Below are positions 1 through 12,986 of a stretch of DNA of 64,000 nucleotides, piece by piece. Position numbers and translations under genes: made by a program. A model generated the notes under the pieces. The model worked only from the letters and a program-made list of their open reading frames with translations. It made no database searches and was not told the DNA's origin. The first letter of the stretch is position 1. Each line of letters begins with the position of its first letter. The stretch comes from Narcine bancroftii (taxonomy: Eukaryota), in the NCBI RefSeq assembly GCF_036971445.1, contig NC_091476.1:27962001-28026000 (forward strand), given 5' to 3'.

Positions 1-690
1 ACCATCCATTTCAATTCCCGCCCAATTCCATGGCTGACATATCTATCCATGGTCTCGTGAATTGCCAGACTGAGATCCACCACAAATTGGAGGAACAACA
101 CCTCATATTCTGTCTCTGCAACCTCCAACTGGATGGCATTAACATCAGCTTCTCCAGTTTCCGTATCAATCCCCAACCCCCATCTTTCCCTTTGTCTCCC
201 AACTCTGTCTCTCTCTCACTCTTCCCTTTTCTCTTTGTCTCCTTTCCCATAGCTATGCTTCTACAGAGACCCAAACAAACCATCCTCTACGAGTTATTTC
301 TCACCTTTCCACTCTCCTGTGTCCCATCCATATCCAGTTAACACTTTTTGTCTGTTCATCTGTGCCTATTCTTTCACCCCCCAGCCTTTTGGCTTGTACA
401 TTGAAAAATGTCGGTGATATATCTTTACTTGCTATGGACATTGCTGAATTCCTCCAGCATTTCTGTGCTTTTACACAAGTCAAGTTTATAGTCAAGTCAA
501 GCCTATCTCCCTCCCAACTCTTTTGTTTGGACTCCCCCCCCCCCACCCCCACCCACTCTTTAATTTGGATGCCTACCGGCATTTTCGAAGGGCTCAAGCC
601 CAAAACGTCGGTCCTGTATCTTTACGTTTGCTACATAAAGGACACTGTTTGACCTGCTGAGCTTCTCCTGCATTTTGTATTTTTACAGTA
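1..690 (+). mobile_element. Penelope-like element, 3' part (GIY-YIG C-terminus plus terminal repeat), degenerate
   Basis: Translation DISIHGLVNCQTEIHHKLEEQHLIFCLCNLQLDGINISFSSF resembles the end of Penelope GIY-YIG endonucleases; followed by the gacctgctgag..ctccagca terminal motif repeated elsewhere in the window. Confidence 0.7.
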
Positions 691-726
691 CTCCAAATGA
701 GGCCTTTCCAATGTCTTGTACACTTC

Positions 727-1470
727 AAGGTTCCTTTCATTGTCATGTAATAATTCATAAAAATGTAAATGGTTAAAGTCCACACTGTGATGCAGCCAGC
801 CAGGATGCTCTCAATAGAGATCCTGTAGAAGGTTGACATAATGATGGCTGATATCCTTGCCCGGTTCAGTCTTCTGAGGACATGCAATCACTGTTGCTCC
901 TTCCTGACAAGTGAGGAGATGTTGAGTGTCTATGATAGATCACTACTTAAGTAAACTCCAAGAAACTTGGTGCTCTCCACTCTCTACCACAGAGTTGTTG
1001 ATGTGTAATAGAGGGTGGCCGTTCCTGGTCTTCCTGAAATCCATGATCATCTCCTTCGTCTTGTCCAAATTGAGACTCAGGATGCACCATTGTCGATGCT
1101 GATGTAGCCAACTACTGTTGTGTCATCTGCAAATGATGACACTGTTGGAGCTGGATCTGGCGATGCAGTCATGGGTCAGTAATGTGAACAGGGCGGGCTG
1201 AGCACATAGCTCAGCGTGACGGTAATTGACATTCTGCTACTTACCTGGACAATCAGTTGTCTTTCCATTCAGAAGTACAGGATCCAGTTAGGATCCTTGC
1301 TGGGTGTGGAGTCCCAGCAAGGGTAACTTTTCCATCAGCCTCTGGGGAATGATCGTACTAAACACCAAGCTGAAGATCATAAACAGAAGCCTGGTGTATA
1401 AGTCCTCGTTCTCCAGGAGGGACAGGATGGAGTGATGGGACAAGTCCATGCAGTAGGAGACAGCAGTGTT
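727..1470 (-). mobile_element. Rex1/Babar-like non-LTR retrotransposon fragment
   Basis: Minus-strand VESTKFLGVYL...LRRLNRARISAIIMSTFYRISIESILAGCITVW; atgacaatgaaaggaacc-type tail near 727-750; many stops. Confidence 0.7.
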
Positions 1471-1499
1471 TCACTCCCAGATGATCTTGATTCCTTCTA

Positions 1500-1945
1500 A
1501 TTCCAATATGCCCACCAGAACAAGGAAGAGCCACTGTGTACCCCCATGTTCCCTATGGATCTCTTCTGTCAGTCTCCAAGGATGATGTGCAGGCTGCCTT
1601 CAGGAGGGCGAATCCAAGAAAAGAATCCGGTCCAAAGAATCCAGCCGAGTACTGAAACCAATGCTGATTAATTGCAATTCACAGATACCTCACTCCGGCA
1701 GGGCATGGTACCCTCCTGTTTCAAACAGGCCTCAATCATACCAATGCCCAAGATAACCTGCCTAAATAACTTCTTACCAGAGGCACTGATATCCACAGCG
1801 ATGAAGTATTTTAAGAGGATGGTGTTGAAGCATATTGGCTCCTGTCTGAGCAACGACATGCATCCGTTCCAATTTGCCTACCACAGCAACAGATTTACAG
1901 CAGATGCCATCTCACTGACTCTGTACAAGCCCCTAGAACATGAGA
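1500..1945 (+). mobile_element. Rex1/Babar-like fragment (pre-RT and RT N-terminus)
   Basis: VPSCFKQASIIPMPK...ALISTAMKYFKRMVL...PFQFAYHSNRFTADAISLTL, typical of this LINE group. Confidence 0.7.
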
Positions 1946-1974
1946 GATGATGAGACGGACGAATTGCGAGAAAA

Positions 1975-3170
1975 GAATGGAATCCCTGCAGGGGACAGGG
2001 TGTGAAAATGTGCAGTCAAGATAACTGGAATTTGGTGGATTTGTAGAAGTCTTTCGAGAGTTTGTCTCCCCAGATGGAGACAGAGATATCGAGAAAGAGT
2101 TGAGTATTGCCAGAGATGGACCGTGAGGTTGGGATGGAAAAAGTGGAGGAGCTCGTCATGGGTCTGTGAGGCAGCATCAAAGTAGTTATGAGTGAACCAG
2201 AGGAATAGTTGAGGAGCCTTGCCTGTGTAGGCTTATAGAATGGATTCCTCCACATAACCAACAAAAAGGCAGGCATAACTGGGGACTATGCGAGTCTTAT
2301 GGCTATCACTTTGACTTAGAGAAAGTGGGATGAGTGAAAGGAGAAGTTATTGAGGGTGAGAACAAGTTCTGCCAGCTGGAGGAAGGTGGTGGTGAAGGGG
2401 GACTGGTTGGGTTAGTTCTCTTGAAACAAATGAAGGGCTTTGAGGCCTTTAGTATGGGGAATGGATGTCCATGGTGACGATGAGGTGGTTGAGTTAAGGG
2501 AATCGGAAATTGTTCGAGATGGTGGTGGGGAGAGATTGAACTAAGGGGGACAAAACAGAGTCAAGGTAACCTGTTACCAGTGCAGTTGGGCATAAACACA
2601 TGGAAACAATGGGTCTGCCAGAACAATTGGATTTGTTGATCTTGGGTAGGAGATAGTGTGGGTCTGGGAAACAATAAGGTGGCCATGGAAATGATGAGTT
2701 CAGAGATAGTGCATGAAAAGGTGGTTTGATGAATTTTGGTAGGGTCCTGTTGAAGTGCTAAATCAGAGGAGGTGCCTGAGAGTTATTGTCCATATAAAGA
2801 TTTAGTGCGCCAAACCACAACAGCGCCATCCTTGACAGCCAGATGGATAGTGAGGTTGGGATCGGTCTGGAGAGAGTATCGGTCGTGGCTTTCTGAGGGG
2901 GTAAGAGTGAGGGGAGTGGGGAAGTCGATATGCTTGATGTCACGGCGGCAGTTGGAAATGTAAAGGTCCAGAGCAGGCAGGCCGGAATAAGGAGTTCAGG
3001 AGGAGCAAGACAGTTTAAGGCAGAAGAAGCGGTCTGTAGTGGGGGGTGAAGAATCCTGGTTGTACAAGTAGGCCTGGAGATGGAGCCAACGGAACTAGAG
3101 TTTGGCATCATGGTGTGGGCAAAGGAGGATGAAGGGGAGGCCTCCACTGAGGACAAATTGTTCTGTCTCC
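1975..3170 (-). mobile_element. Penelope-like element, RT region, degenerate
   Basis: Frameshifted minus-strand translation contains PSYACLFVGYVEESIL, characteristic of Penelope RT. Confidence 0.6.
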
Positions 3171-4519
3171 AAGAGGAGAAGGTCAGAGTGGATGGTAAAG
3201 ATGAGTTAATGTAAGCGATGATCTGCTTGTCTACTGTTAATCATATTCTCTTCTATAAATCAACAAGGAGTCTCATCCCAGTGATATTTACTATACCAAT
3301 GACTGGATCCCTATTTATTTTAATATACTAACACTTCTTAACCAGAAATTTGTGATGGTGATTGAATATGTACTGATGCTATTACAGTTGGCTTCAGAAA
3401 TTGCAAAACATTCTGGGAAATTCAGCAGGTCACCTGGGCCCAAAACCTGACAAAGGGTCCAGGCCTGAAACCCTTTAACTCCTATGAATCCTATATGTTA
3501 ATTACTAATTTCTGCAGGTAATTTACTGATATGCATTGTCGCTATCAGCACTGATAATTCCTCCTAACCACTTATCATATTGCCATTCAAATATTTTCAC
3601 AATTAAAGCATTTGTTTAAAAAAATGTTGTGCTAATAGGATTTCCTACTGATGAGATACAATCCGCCTGAATCTACTGTGGATGAAAAATACAGCAGAAC
3701 CCCATTTTAATGGGATAGTTTGGGTCCAAAATATCACATCACAAAAAAAATAAACAGGGTTGCGCTAAATTGGAGTTTCAATAAATTGTTGTATTTCCAG
3801 TTAAAATTAAAACACAAATTAATTTTTAGTAAACTGACCGTCCCCATAGCTCACAGCAGCCCCAAGTACTTGTACTTGCTCCTGGCAGCAAGTCCAATGA
3901 CTCATCACATTATCTCCGGATTCACATTAAAATGGGGTTCACTGTACTGAGCATTAATCCTTCAAAAGTGTTGACCATTGTGAATCCTGATAAGAATTAA
4001 TTCTAGCAATTGATTTCATGAAAATGTATGTTGCTTATATAATACTGTTTTAATTGTGGATTTATAAGATATTTTTGATTTTTTTTTACAAGCAATATCT
4101 ACAATGAAATAAAAAATTGTGGAACCTGTAAACAATTATTCCTTGAATACTGAATAGCTGTATTTTACATTGGTGATGAGAGACACCATTGTAACTCATT
4201 CCAGATGCCAGCCTAGAGAGGGTAGGTTTATTCTCTTTAGTGAAGTATTAAATGGAAACATTCATTTTATTACATTAAGGAATACATGCCAACATTTTGT
4301 TTGATCTTATTCATTTTCTTTCTGCACCAATTTAGATTTTCAGGTGTGTGACATTTAAAAAAAAATTTGGATATTTAATCATTCTTCCAAAGACAACTGT
4401 TACAATCAATGCATCTTTGACAATTATTCAGAAATACTGAGTGGATTAACATGATAATCACAGAATGGATTCTGACAACCGTAGCACACTAATATATGTA
4501 TAATATTTTCAAAAGTTTG

Positions 4520-4888
4520 AATCATCAAGGATCCACACCACCCGGCACACACTATGTTCTCACTGCTGCCATCAGGAAAGAGGTATAAATGTCACAAGAC
4601 TCACACCACCAGGTTCAGGAATAGCTGCTACCCCTCCACCATCAGACTCCTCAACAATGAATTCAATTAGGGTCTCTTTTTGGACTCTTACTTTTGCACT
4701 GTATTATTTGTTTTACTTACCTCTCTATATTGCACAGTCAATTATTTACATTTCTTTATTTGCTTACATGTGTACATTATTGTTTGTACTACCAATCAAT
4801 GGTAATTCTGCCTCTCCCACAGGAAAGGGAATCTCAGGGTTGTATGCAATGTCATGTATGTACTCTGACAATAAATGTGAAATCTAAA
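4520..4888 (+). mobile_element. Rex1/Babar-like LINE 3' end
   Basis: IIKDPHHPAHTMFSLLPSGKRY, then 3' UTR ending tactctgacaataaatgtgaaatct; same family as 7384-8188 and 37123-37615. Confidence 0.75.
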
Positions 4889-5139
4889 ATTCAATTTATT
4901 TAATCGTGGAGTGTAGCTGCCTTCTGGAACTGTGGGTAGCTGCCCTGTTCCTGAGCTCTGAGATGAAGTTCCTGGAGCTGCTAGCCTTGCTGCAGATGTG
5001 AATCGCTATTTGATTTACTAGTTCCCACAAGTTGCAGTTACAATATATCGCTTGTCCAGCCATCTCTCTGTTTAAATGTTATTAATAAGGACAAGTAATT
5101 AATTAGTAGGTATAATTTTGTTGATAGATGGACCATATA

Positions 5140-5483
5140 CAGTAAAACCCTTGGCACAGGCACCTATGGGAGTTGGCAGATGTCAGATAAGTGAATTTTC
5201 CAGATGCTTATAATTGAGTGTTGCGTTTTTGGCAAACTAATGGCAAGATCGTTAATGAATGACGATCTACCGGGACCAATGCCTGAAGAGGGCGCACAAA
5301 ATCAGTGAACCGGTGCGGACTCGAAAGGCCAACATGGCCTGTTTCCGCTCCGTAAATGGTTATATGGTTATATGTGCCAATTTTGAACTTCCATATTTTG
5401 TACCTATTTATTTTCTGTGATTTTTTTTGCCTTTTACATGAAGCTTCCAGTTGCTTGAATATCAGATAATAGGGGTTTTACTG
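5140..5483. mobile_element. Tigger/pogo-like MITE with nested CR1 3' fragment
   Basis: TIRs CAGTAAAACCC (5140-5150, preceded by TA) and GGGTTTTACTG (5473-5483); internal CR1-like tail atggcctgtttccgctccgtaaatggttatatggttata at about 5330-5372. Confidence 0.55.
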
Positions 5484-5610
5484 TTCTGTATGTGGATTCG
5501 CAAATGAGGTATACATCTCCTACTTTATGAATATGGGGAGGAAAACAGTGATTTGGTGACATAAAATGAAAGAAACATCTATTGACCCCTAATATCTATT
5601 TTCTCTCAAG

Positions 5611-5783
5611 TGTGCTGAAAGAGGTTTACGCTTCGTTTAACCCTGAAGCAGTTGTCTGCCAGCTAGGAGCAGACACTATTGCTGGAGACCCCATGTGCTC
5701 CTTTAATATGACACCAGTCGGAGTGGGAAAGTGCCTGCGTTACATACTGAATTGGGAGTTGCCAACTCTGATCTTAGGAGGAG
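5611..5783 (+). CDS. HDAC8: Histone deacetylase 8, internal exon (173 bp; equivalent to human exon 8)
   Basis: AG at 5609-10, GTGAGT at 5784; [57 protein letters not shown] with the Zn-ligand Asp (GAD) and the HDAC8-typical Met (DPM). Upstream exons lie outside the window. Confidence 0.97.
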
Positions 5784-7383
5784 GTGAGTTCATCGGCCTA
5801 TTGATGAAGGATATTTGCTAATAATTATAGAAGTAATTGGAAATAGATAAACAAAATTAGTGTATTGGACAGTAATATTGTAGGGAAAGAAAATTTTCAA
5901 AATAAAATTGCATATCTTTACACTTGGGAATGTTTTTAAGCCAAAAAAAAATTGTAAAATTAAATTATAGTGAAGTCTGCATATAAACTGGACCATTGGA
6001 CAATATGCTAGAATCACTTTGCCAACACATTACGTCCTGTAACTATTTGAGCATAATCTGATTTCACCTACCTCATGATTTCACTCCATTAAAGAAATTT
6101 CCTTTGTTTCACCTATTGCCCCTCCCCACCCCATTTTAAATCCTAATTTATTTATCTTTCTCAAATCTGATGAGGAGTCTCTCATCTGAAGCATTAACTT
6201 TTTCTGATTCCAAAGCTGTGACCTGTTAAGCTGAGATTTTCCAGCTTTATCATTTTCTGTTTTATATCACAGTGGCTCGGTTTTCCTTATCCAGCTCTCA
6301 TAAGTCTGTCCTGCTGGGCAAGATGCACAACCTCATATTAACAATAGATTACACAGACCATGAAGCTTTTTATGCTGTAATTACACCCAATAAGCCATCC
6401 TACCCCTTTTTTCTTCCTACTAAAAACTAACTTGTAGTTAGTATTTCTTTCTCAGTTCTGTCCAAGGATCATATCTCTGAAATGCTGACCTAGTTCTCTT
6501 ACCACAAATGCTGCCTGACCCTGCTGAGTTTTCCCAGCACTTTTTGTTTTCAGATTCCTAGCATCAGTACTCTACTTTTATTTTCAAAATCTATACTGCT
6601 TTCTTCTTCCTTGTTTCCAGCAGTCTTTGCTTCTGTGCATAATCAAGTATGTACATAGAAGAATAATCTAAGGACTAAATTGAGTCCATCTATAAAATAA
6701 ATATTTTGAAAGGGAGAGACTGTAAAATGATTGTCACAGTAGGATACCAAACATTTGGTATGGGCTCTGTTTAAATACAAACCAGACTGAAGGAATGAAA
6801 CTCTCTTCATTTTCTGTGAAAATACATCTTAAAACAAATTTGCAAAATACTGTGGAACCTGAAATAAATACCAGAAAACACCAAAAAATGCTCTGAGGTT
6901 GGGTACATTTGTAGAGAATCAAACAGTTTTTTTGTGTTGTGTTGGCAAGGCACTTCTCCAAGGTTTCTGGGTTTCACCTGCCTCAAAAGACGCAGGTGAT
7001 TTTTAAAGAAAATCCAACCAAAAAAATTTATGGTATGTACTGAATCAACTTAAAATCGCCTCTGCCAGAAAATCCCTCCTTCATTTGAGATGAACACAAA
7101 TTTATTTGTGATACTTTTGAGAGACTCCCTCATCAAAAGGGCCATACAGTAGCTTTCAAACCACAAACTCAATTTATTTTCTTGCTCAATCCATTGCACA
7201 AGAAGTTGTTGATTCAGGTTTAATGTTAAAAATGGGGAAAGTAAGATTTAAATAACAAAGTCCAGGTGAAGGGGAATGGGAAGGAGAAAAGAGAATCAAA
7301 AAGAAAACATGTGAACAGGAAACCAATTGTGTGCCTAAATCTCCATTTTTCACTTCCCATTTTAATATTACCTGGCATCTGAC

Positions 7384-8188
7384 TGAATGGTGCACTCAAT
7401 GTCACTAAAACCAAGGAGCTGATTGTTGACTTCAAGAAAGTAAAGCCAGAGGTGGACAATCCATTGATCAATGGGGGATCAGAGGTGGAGAGGATGAGCA
7501 AATGTAGGTTCTTGGGAGTCACTATCTCAGAAGATCTTTCCTGGAACCAACACACCAATGGCATCATGAAGAAAGCCTCTACTTCCTCAGGAGTTTGCGG
7601 AGGTTTGGTATGACACCAGAAACCCTGGCAAATTTCTACAGAGGTGTGTTGGAAAGTGTGCTGACCAGCTGCATCATAGTCTGATATGGGAACACCAATA
7701 CCCCCAAGTGTAAAGCCCTGCAAAAGGTAGTGGACACAGTCCAGGACATCACAGGCAAAACCCTCCCCACTATCTACAGGGAACACGGCTGTCAGAGGGA
7801 AGCAGCAATCATCAAAGACCCAACCATCCAGCATTCTCTCTGTTCTCGCTGCTGCCATCAGGAAAGAGATATAGGTGCACAAGTCTCAGCACCAGTTTCA
7901 GGAATAGCTGCTATCCCTCCACCATCAGACTCCTCAACAACAAACTCATCAGAGACTTATTTAAGGACTCTTACTTGTGTACTTTATTGGTTGACTTTCT
8001 TTGTTCTCATAGTAGTATTGCAGTTTGTTTACATTTGTTATCTGTTCATAGTTCTTTTATATGCTTACGCTGTGTACAGTTTATTTTTGCTACCAATTAG
8101 GGGTAATTCTGCCATGCCCACAGGAAAAAGGAATTTCAGTTGAATGTGATCTCATGTATGTACTCTGACAATAAATCTGAAATATGAA
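7384..8188 (+). mobile_element. Rex1/Babar-like LINE 3' part
   Basis: LNVTKTKELIVDFKK...FLGVTISEDLSW...IIKDP; tail ctgacaataaatctgaaatatgaa. Confidence 0.8.
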
Positions 8189-8231
8189 CTTTAACCCTCT
8201 TAAGAGGATGGTAAGTTGTAATTGGAAGATT

Positions 8232-8535
8232 ATAAAAGTTGTCAGTGATCTTTTCTCTCCTTGGCAGAAGATTTCAGGTTTCCAGAATTCATACAAGAGA
8301 TGAAAACATTTCTTGAAAACTATCAAATGTTTTGTCCTTTTGGTTAAGAATGGATTGATATCAGTTGTCATGGAGGTATAACAAATCAGTAACATTATGT
8401 AAACAATGACTGGCACAAGCAGATCTATATTCTTCCTGTGTATTAGAGTGTTTGTTGAGAATTATTCGCAATTGCTGCTTGATGTTAGGACTATTAATCA
8501 CACAAATAACTAAGGGGGTAAAAACAAGAATGGCT
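8232..8535 (+). repeat. Copy 1 of an old ~300-bp direct repeat flanking HDAC8 exon 9
   Basis: Collinear shared blocks with 9162-9465 (cctt.gcag.agatttcag, tttgtccttttggt.aagaatggat, agatc.atattct, tgcttgatgtta.gactat). Confidence 0.7.
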
Positions 8536-8791
8536 GCATACGCATTTAATTCATCATTTAATGAATTGTACCAGCCCACAAAATACTAAGTTAAAGCAGA
8601 GAAGAAAGAAAGATGAAACAATTGATAGTTTTCTTAAACCAATAATTATGCCTTCAAAGGTAATCTATTAAATAACACAAAAATACAGTAAAGTAGTATT
8701 AAAATGAGAAATAAGTCATCTGGTTACAGTGCCTTCTGGTCTTGTCTCATAAGATATTTGTATATTGGTTTGTTTTTTCTGGTGGTGATAG

Positions 8792-8886
8792 GGGGCTATA
8801 ACCACGCTAACACAGCCCGGTGCTGGACGTACCTCACTGCCATTATCCTTGGAAAATCTCTTTCTTCAGAGATTCCTGACCATGAG
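8792..8886 (+). CDS. HDAC8: HDAC8 exon (95 bp; equivalent to human exon 9) with catalytic Tyr
   Basis: AG at 8790-91, GTAAGA at 8887; [32 protein letters not shown]; phase matches previous exon. Confidence 0.97.
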
Positions 8887-9161
8887 GTAAGACTGCAGCA
8901 GACTACTTTTCCTTTCTAACTGCTGAGTCATTCCAGCTAATCAAACCTCAGACTTTTACACTGAATACAGCTTTGTAGTCAAGTGACAGCTCTACAGATA
9001 AGTACTGTTTCTCCATTTTCCCCAAATGTCTCCCTGCCCTGGATCAAAATAAATGGTAACTATTTGACGATTAGCAAAGTCTTTAGACATTCTTAATTAC
9101 TGAGGCGTCTCTTAGCCATTTTGCATTATCCAAAAGAAAAAGAAGGCACTAAAGGATAGGG

Positions 9162-9465
9162 TAAAATTGTCAGACTTGACCTTTTCCCTCCTTAGCAGGA
9201 GATTTCAGAGGTGGGTCCTACAATTCATGAAGGAAATGAAAACACATCTTAGAAAACCAACAAACTTTTTGTCCTTTTGGTAAAGAATGGATCGATTGTC
9301 ACCAATTGTCCGCAGAGATCAATAGTTCATTGTGTAAACAGCAGACACAGATCCATATTCTGTCTGTATACTAGACTGTTCATTGAAAAGTTTGTAAGGT
9401 TACTGCTTGATGTTAAGACTATGTTAATGAATCACATTGATAATTGAGGGGATATAAAGGAATTG
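9162..9465 (+). repeat. Copy 2 of the ~300-bp direct repeat flanking HDAC8 exon 9
   Basis: Collinear blocks shared with 8232-8535. Confidence 0.7.
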
Positions 9466-11169
9466 AAAATATAAATAATACCTTACAAATATTGTGTATT
9501 TGCAATATTGTTGCAGATTAATTTAGTTTGCATTGTAGATAGTGGAGAAGTTTACATTTTTGCTGGCCATAGATGTATGCGTCTCATGAACAAAATTTGA
9601 ATTTATCATATTGCTTACATTAATAGATATTGATTTAGTAATTTGGAAGATGTTGTTCAGGCAGCATCTGCTAGGAGAGAACAGACTGTTGACCTTTCAC
9701 CAGAACTCATTTACTGCCAAGTATTTTCAGCAATTTCTTTTTTTATTTACAGATCTTCAACATCTGCAGCATTTTTCTTTGAGGGATAGGTTACCTCTCA
9801 AAAAATAAGATTTTGTTAATGACTTTGATCTGCTTTGGTATAAATCTAACTGCAACCCATCTGAACCCATCCTGACTCTGAGTACTTGGAATTTTTTGTA
9901 TCTGAAGCACAACTTGATGTAATTTATTTCCTCATCAAGCTAAGTCACATTGATTAGACAGGGTGCTGAATGAGATTGTCAAGGCATGTCCTGACCCAAA
10001 ATTAAGTATTTTATTAGAAAATGTGTCCAAGCTGATTTGAATCCAATCAAACATTCAACAGAACTCATCTGTCTCATAACAAGTAGTCAAGATCTACTTT
10101 CAACGGAGGTGTTAAGATACTGGCAGCCACAGTAACCTGATTAGATGGAATTCTGGGAACGATGGTATGAATTTGGATGGATTTTGGAGAGGAAATTAAG
10201 GTAGCCAGTAGATTTTATTGTTGAAGAAATAGGCGATGATATCATGTTTGGTGTAGACAAGAAGGTGAGAGAACCTTTAAAGGTAGGAATTAACAAGGAG
10301 ACCAAGGAATAAAGATGAGGAGAAGCAGGTGGGTCTCGTATTCAAGATAAATTCAAAGGAAGCATGAAAGGAAATGGAGAAACTGGAGAATGATGCAAAT
10401 TCATGGTCACTGTTGAGGGACCTGCTAGAGGTTTGGTCCATTGTGTTCGGAAACTGAGGGAAATGGCAGAGAAACGGGTAAATGGCAGAGATAGCAATTT
10501 GGATGGTCTTTGTATTAATGATGAGCCCCATGGACTCCTTTTTTTAAAGAAGACATTAGAATCAGGAAGTTGGCAGGCTGGATGGGTGAGGGAGGGATGT
10601 TTAAGATTTTTTCTGCACCAGAATAATGAAGCTGGTGATAAATGTTTTGCTATTTTGGTCAATGAATCTAAAATTAAGGATGGGCAATGTGAAATGACTT
10701 GGCATTTATCTTTTTGTAGCACTCATAGTCAAGGACCATTCAGATTTTGCTATTTTCATAATTTTTCTTAGTTATCCAAAGGATCTCAATGGCTATGTGT
10801 ACAGCAGAATTTTCCTCCCATCATAATCTCTTCAAGTACCCTGTTGTTGACTCTTGGTACTCTGGTATTTCAGCATCCGGTGAATGAAGTAGAAAATGTT
10901 TCACTGTGCCCTGTTTAAATTTTAAATTAATTTTGCAATTAGGCCTTCACGTGCAATGGTTCTCAACCTTTCTTCATCCCTTTGTTCCTTAAAAAATGTT
11001 TTACTTACAGCAGACAATCTATAACAAACCTGTGGACAACCAATGTGGGGAAGTGGTGGGGGGGGGGGGGGTGCCTCATGGACTGCTGCATTCCAGACCA
11101 TTGGTAGATATTTGGTTTCTTTTCTTGAGGAATTTTACAACCATCATTTTCATATTATTTATTGGCCGG

Positions 11170-11417
11170 GCTGAGCCCAGCCTAGGGGGAAAAATAGTCT
11201 GGCACCGGCCCTTGTGGGGAAGGGGAGGTGACAGACAGATAACCGGACAGGACAGGGGTAATAGATGGCCGGGGGGTGGGTGGGGGGGGTGACGGACGGC
11301 CGGCCAGCTGGGAGCTAGGAGTGGGGAATTTTCTTAAAGGGACTGAAATCCAGAAGATTCTAAATAATGGCAGGTGTCCAGTCCCGACGATCCCGGATAA
11401 AAGGTTAGGAACCTGTA
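11170..11417 (-). mobile_element. Probable pogo/Tigger-like DNA transposon end
   Basis: Minus strand begins TA-CAGGTTCCTAACCTTTTATCCGGGATCGTCGGGAC, resembling Tigger termini; partner TIR not found. Confidence 0.35.
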
Positions 11418-11702
11418 CTAAATGGACGGAAATAATTAATTTAGATGAAAGGTTGCTTTTCGACACCAAAATCTTGGTTAGTCAGTGTTGCAAAACCCTA
11501 TATGATTGTCAAACATATAGTCTGCAAAATTCTATAATATTTATAATTTATTTTGAAAGCCTTGACAATTGAATAGTATTTCTGTGTAAATTCTCAGCCT
11601 TTCAGAATATTGACAGTTAATTTGCTAACTTTTACCTGCAACTAAGCAAAGTAAAATCTTTCTACAGAAACATTCATTTTCATCATACAACAAAAAATAA
11701 GG

Positions 11703-11960
11703 TACAGTGTTCTCCATAATGTTTGGGACAAAGACATTTTTTTTTCCTTTATTTGCCTCTGTGCTCCAGTTTTAAATTTTAATCAAACAATTCACATGTG
11801 ATTAAAGTGTACATTTCCAGATTTTATTCAAGGTTATTTGTATACATTTTAGTTTGATCATGTAAAAATTACAGCACTTTTTATACATAGTCCCTTCATT
11901 TCAGGGCACCATAAAATTTGGGACACAGCGATGGAAAAGTAGTTATGTTTAATACTTTGT
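11703..11960 (+). mobile_element. Tc1-like transposon left end (IR/DR type), solo
   Basis: TA-CAGTG start; outer DR ccataatgtttgggaca (11714-30) and inner DR ccataaaatttgggaca (11909-25) about 195 bp apart. Confidence 0.6.
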
Positions 11961-12301
11961 TGAAATATTTGGTATAGTACTTTGTTTATGAAGTACCAAG
12001 GAATACTTTAAGGATTGTAATTTAATTGTCCTATTCAGACAACAGTTATAAAATACTCAATTTGATCATTACACTTTGAGATCTGAGCCATCAAGTTAAA
12101 TTCCATATTCTTTCCGAACTGGACATTCAAGCTTGTTAATCTGTTCCAGTTATCGATTATTCTGTGCAAAGTCTAAAGGTTTTAAGTTTGATTAGATTAT
12201 AGTACATCATTTATTCTGGTTTTAAAAATAAAATCAAAGGGAAGCTGAACATACCTGGAGACTTTTTTTTACTGTCATAACTAATCTAATTTCTTTCATA
12301 G

Positions 12302-12407
12302 TATTTTACAGAATATGGACCTGATTACGTACTGGAGATCACTCAAAGCTGCAGGACCGATCAGAATGATCCCCAACGTATTGAACAGTTACTTAATACT
12401 ATCCGAG
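12302..12407 (+). CDS. HDAC8: HDAC8 exon (106 bp; equivalent to human exon 10)
   Basis: AG at 12300-01, GTGAG at 12408; [35 protein letters not shown]. Not in the ORF track. Confidence 0.96.
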
Positions 12408-12751
12408 GTGAGCAGTAAAAACTCTCAGTAGTTTTATGTCAGAAAGAAATGAATTTCTTGAATGGATGTGGCATAAATTTCTGCAGCAATATTTCCTTTA
12501 AACATCAAAGGACAAGCCATGTCAGATCCTTCAAAGGGATCATGAAGTTACTCAATTCTGTCTTCTTATGACCAGCAATGGCAGGTGACTTGCTCAGAGC
12601 TCTGACCCACCTTCCGTCCCAGCCTGTGTTTGCTCTATGACGCTGCCACAAAACAATGAATTTCGTGACAAGTTCTTGACAATAAATTCTGATTCTAAGG
12701 CATTAAGGAAGGGCAGATCCCAGGACCAAAAGATTTAATTTTTAAAATTTA

Positions 12752-12986
12752 AAATACAGCACTGTAACAGGCCAATTTGGTCCTATGAGTCCATGCCGCC
12801 CAATTTACACCCCATTAACCTACACCCCACTACGTTTTGAAGGGTAGGAGGAAACTGAAAACCCATTCAAACACGGGGAGAAAGTACAAACTCCCTACAG
12901 ATGGCACGGGATTTGAACCCAGGTCCAGTCCCGATCGCTAGCGCTGTAAAGGCATTGTGCTAACTGCTATGCCAAATGTGCTGCCC
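12752..12986 (-). mobile_element. tRNA-derived V-SINE (HE1-like)
   Basis: Minus strand: A box tggcatagcagttag, B box ggttcaaatcc, V-domain-like ggagtttgtactttctccccgtgt. Confidence 0.7.
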
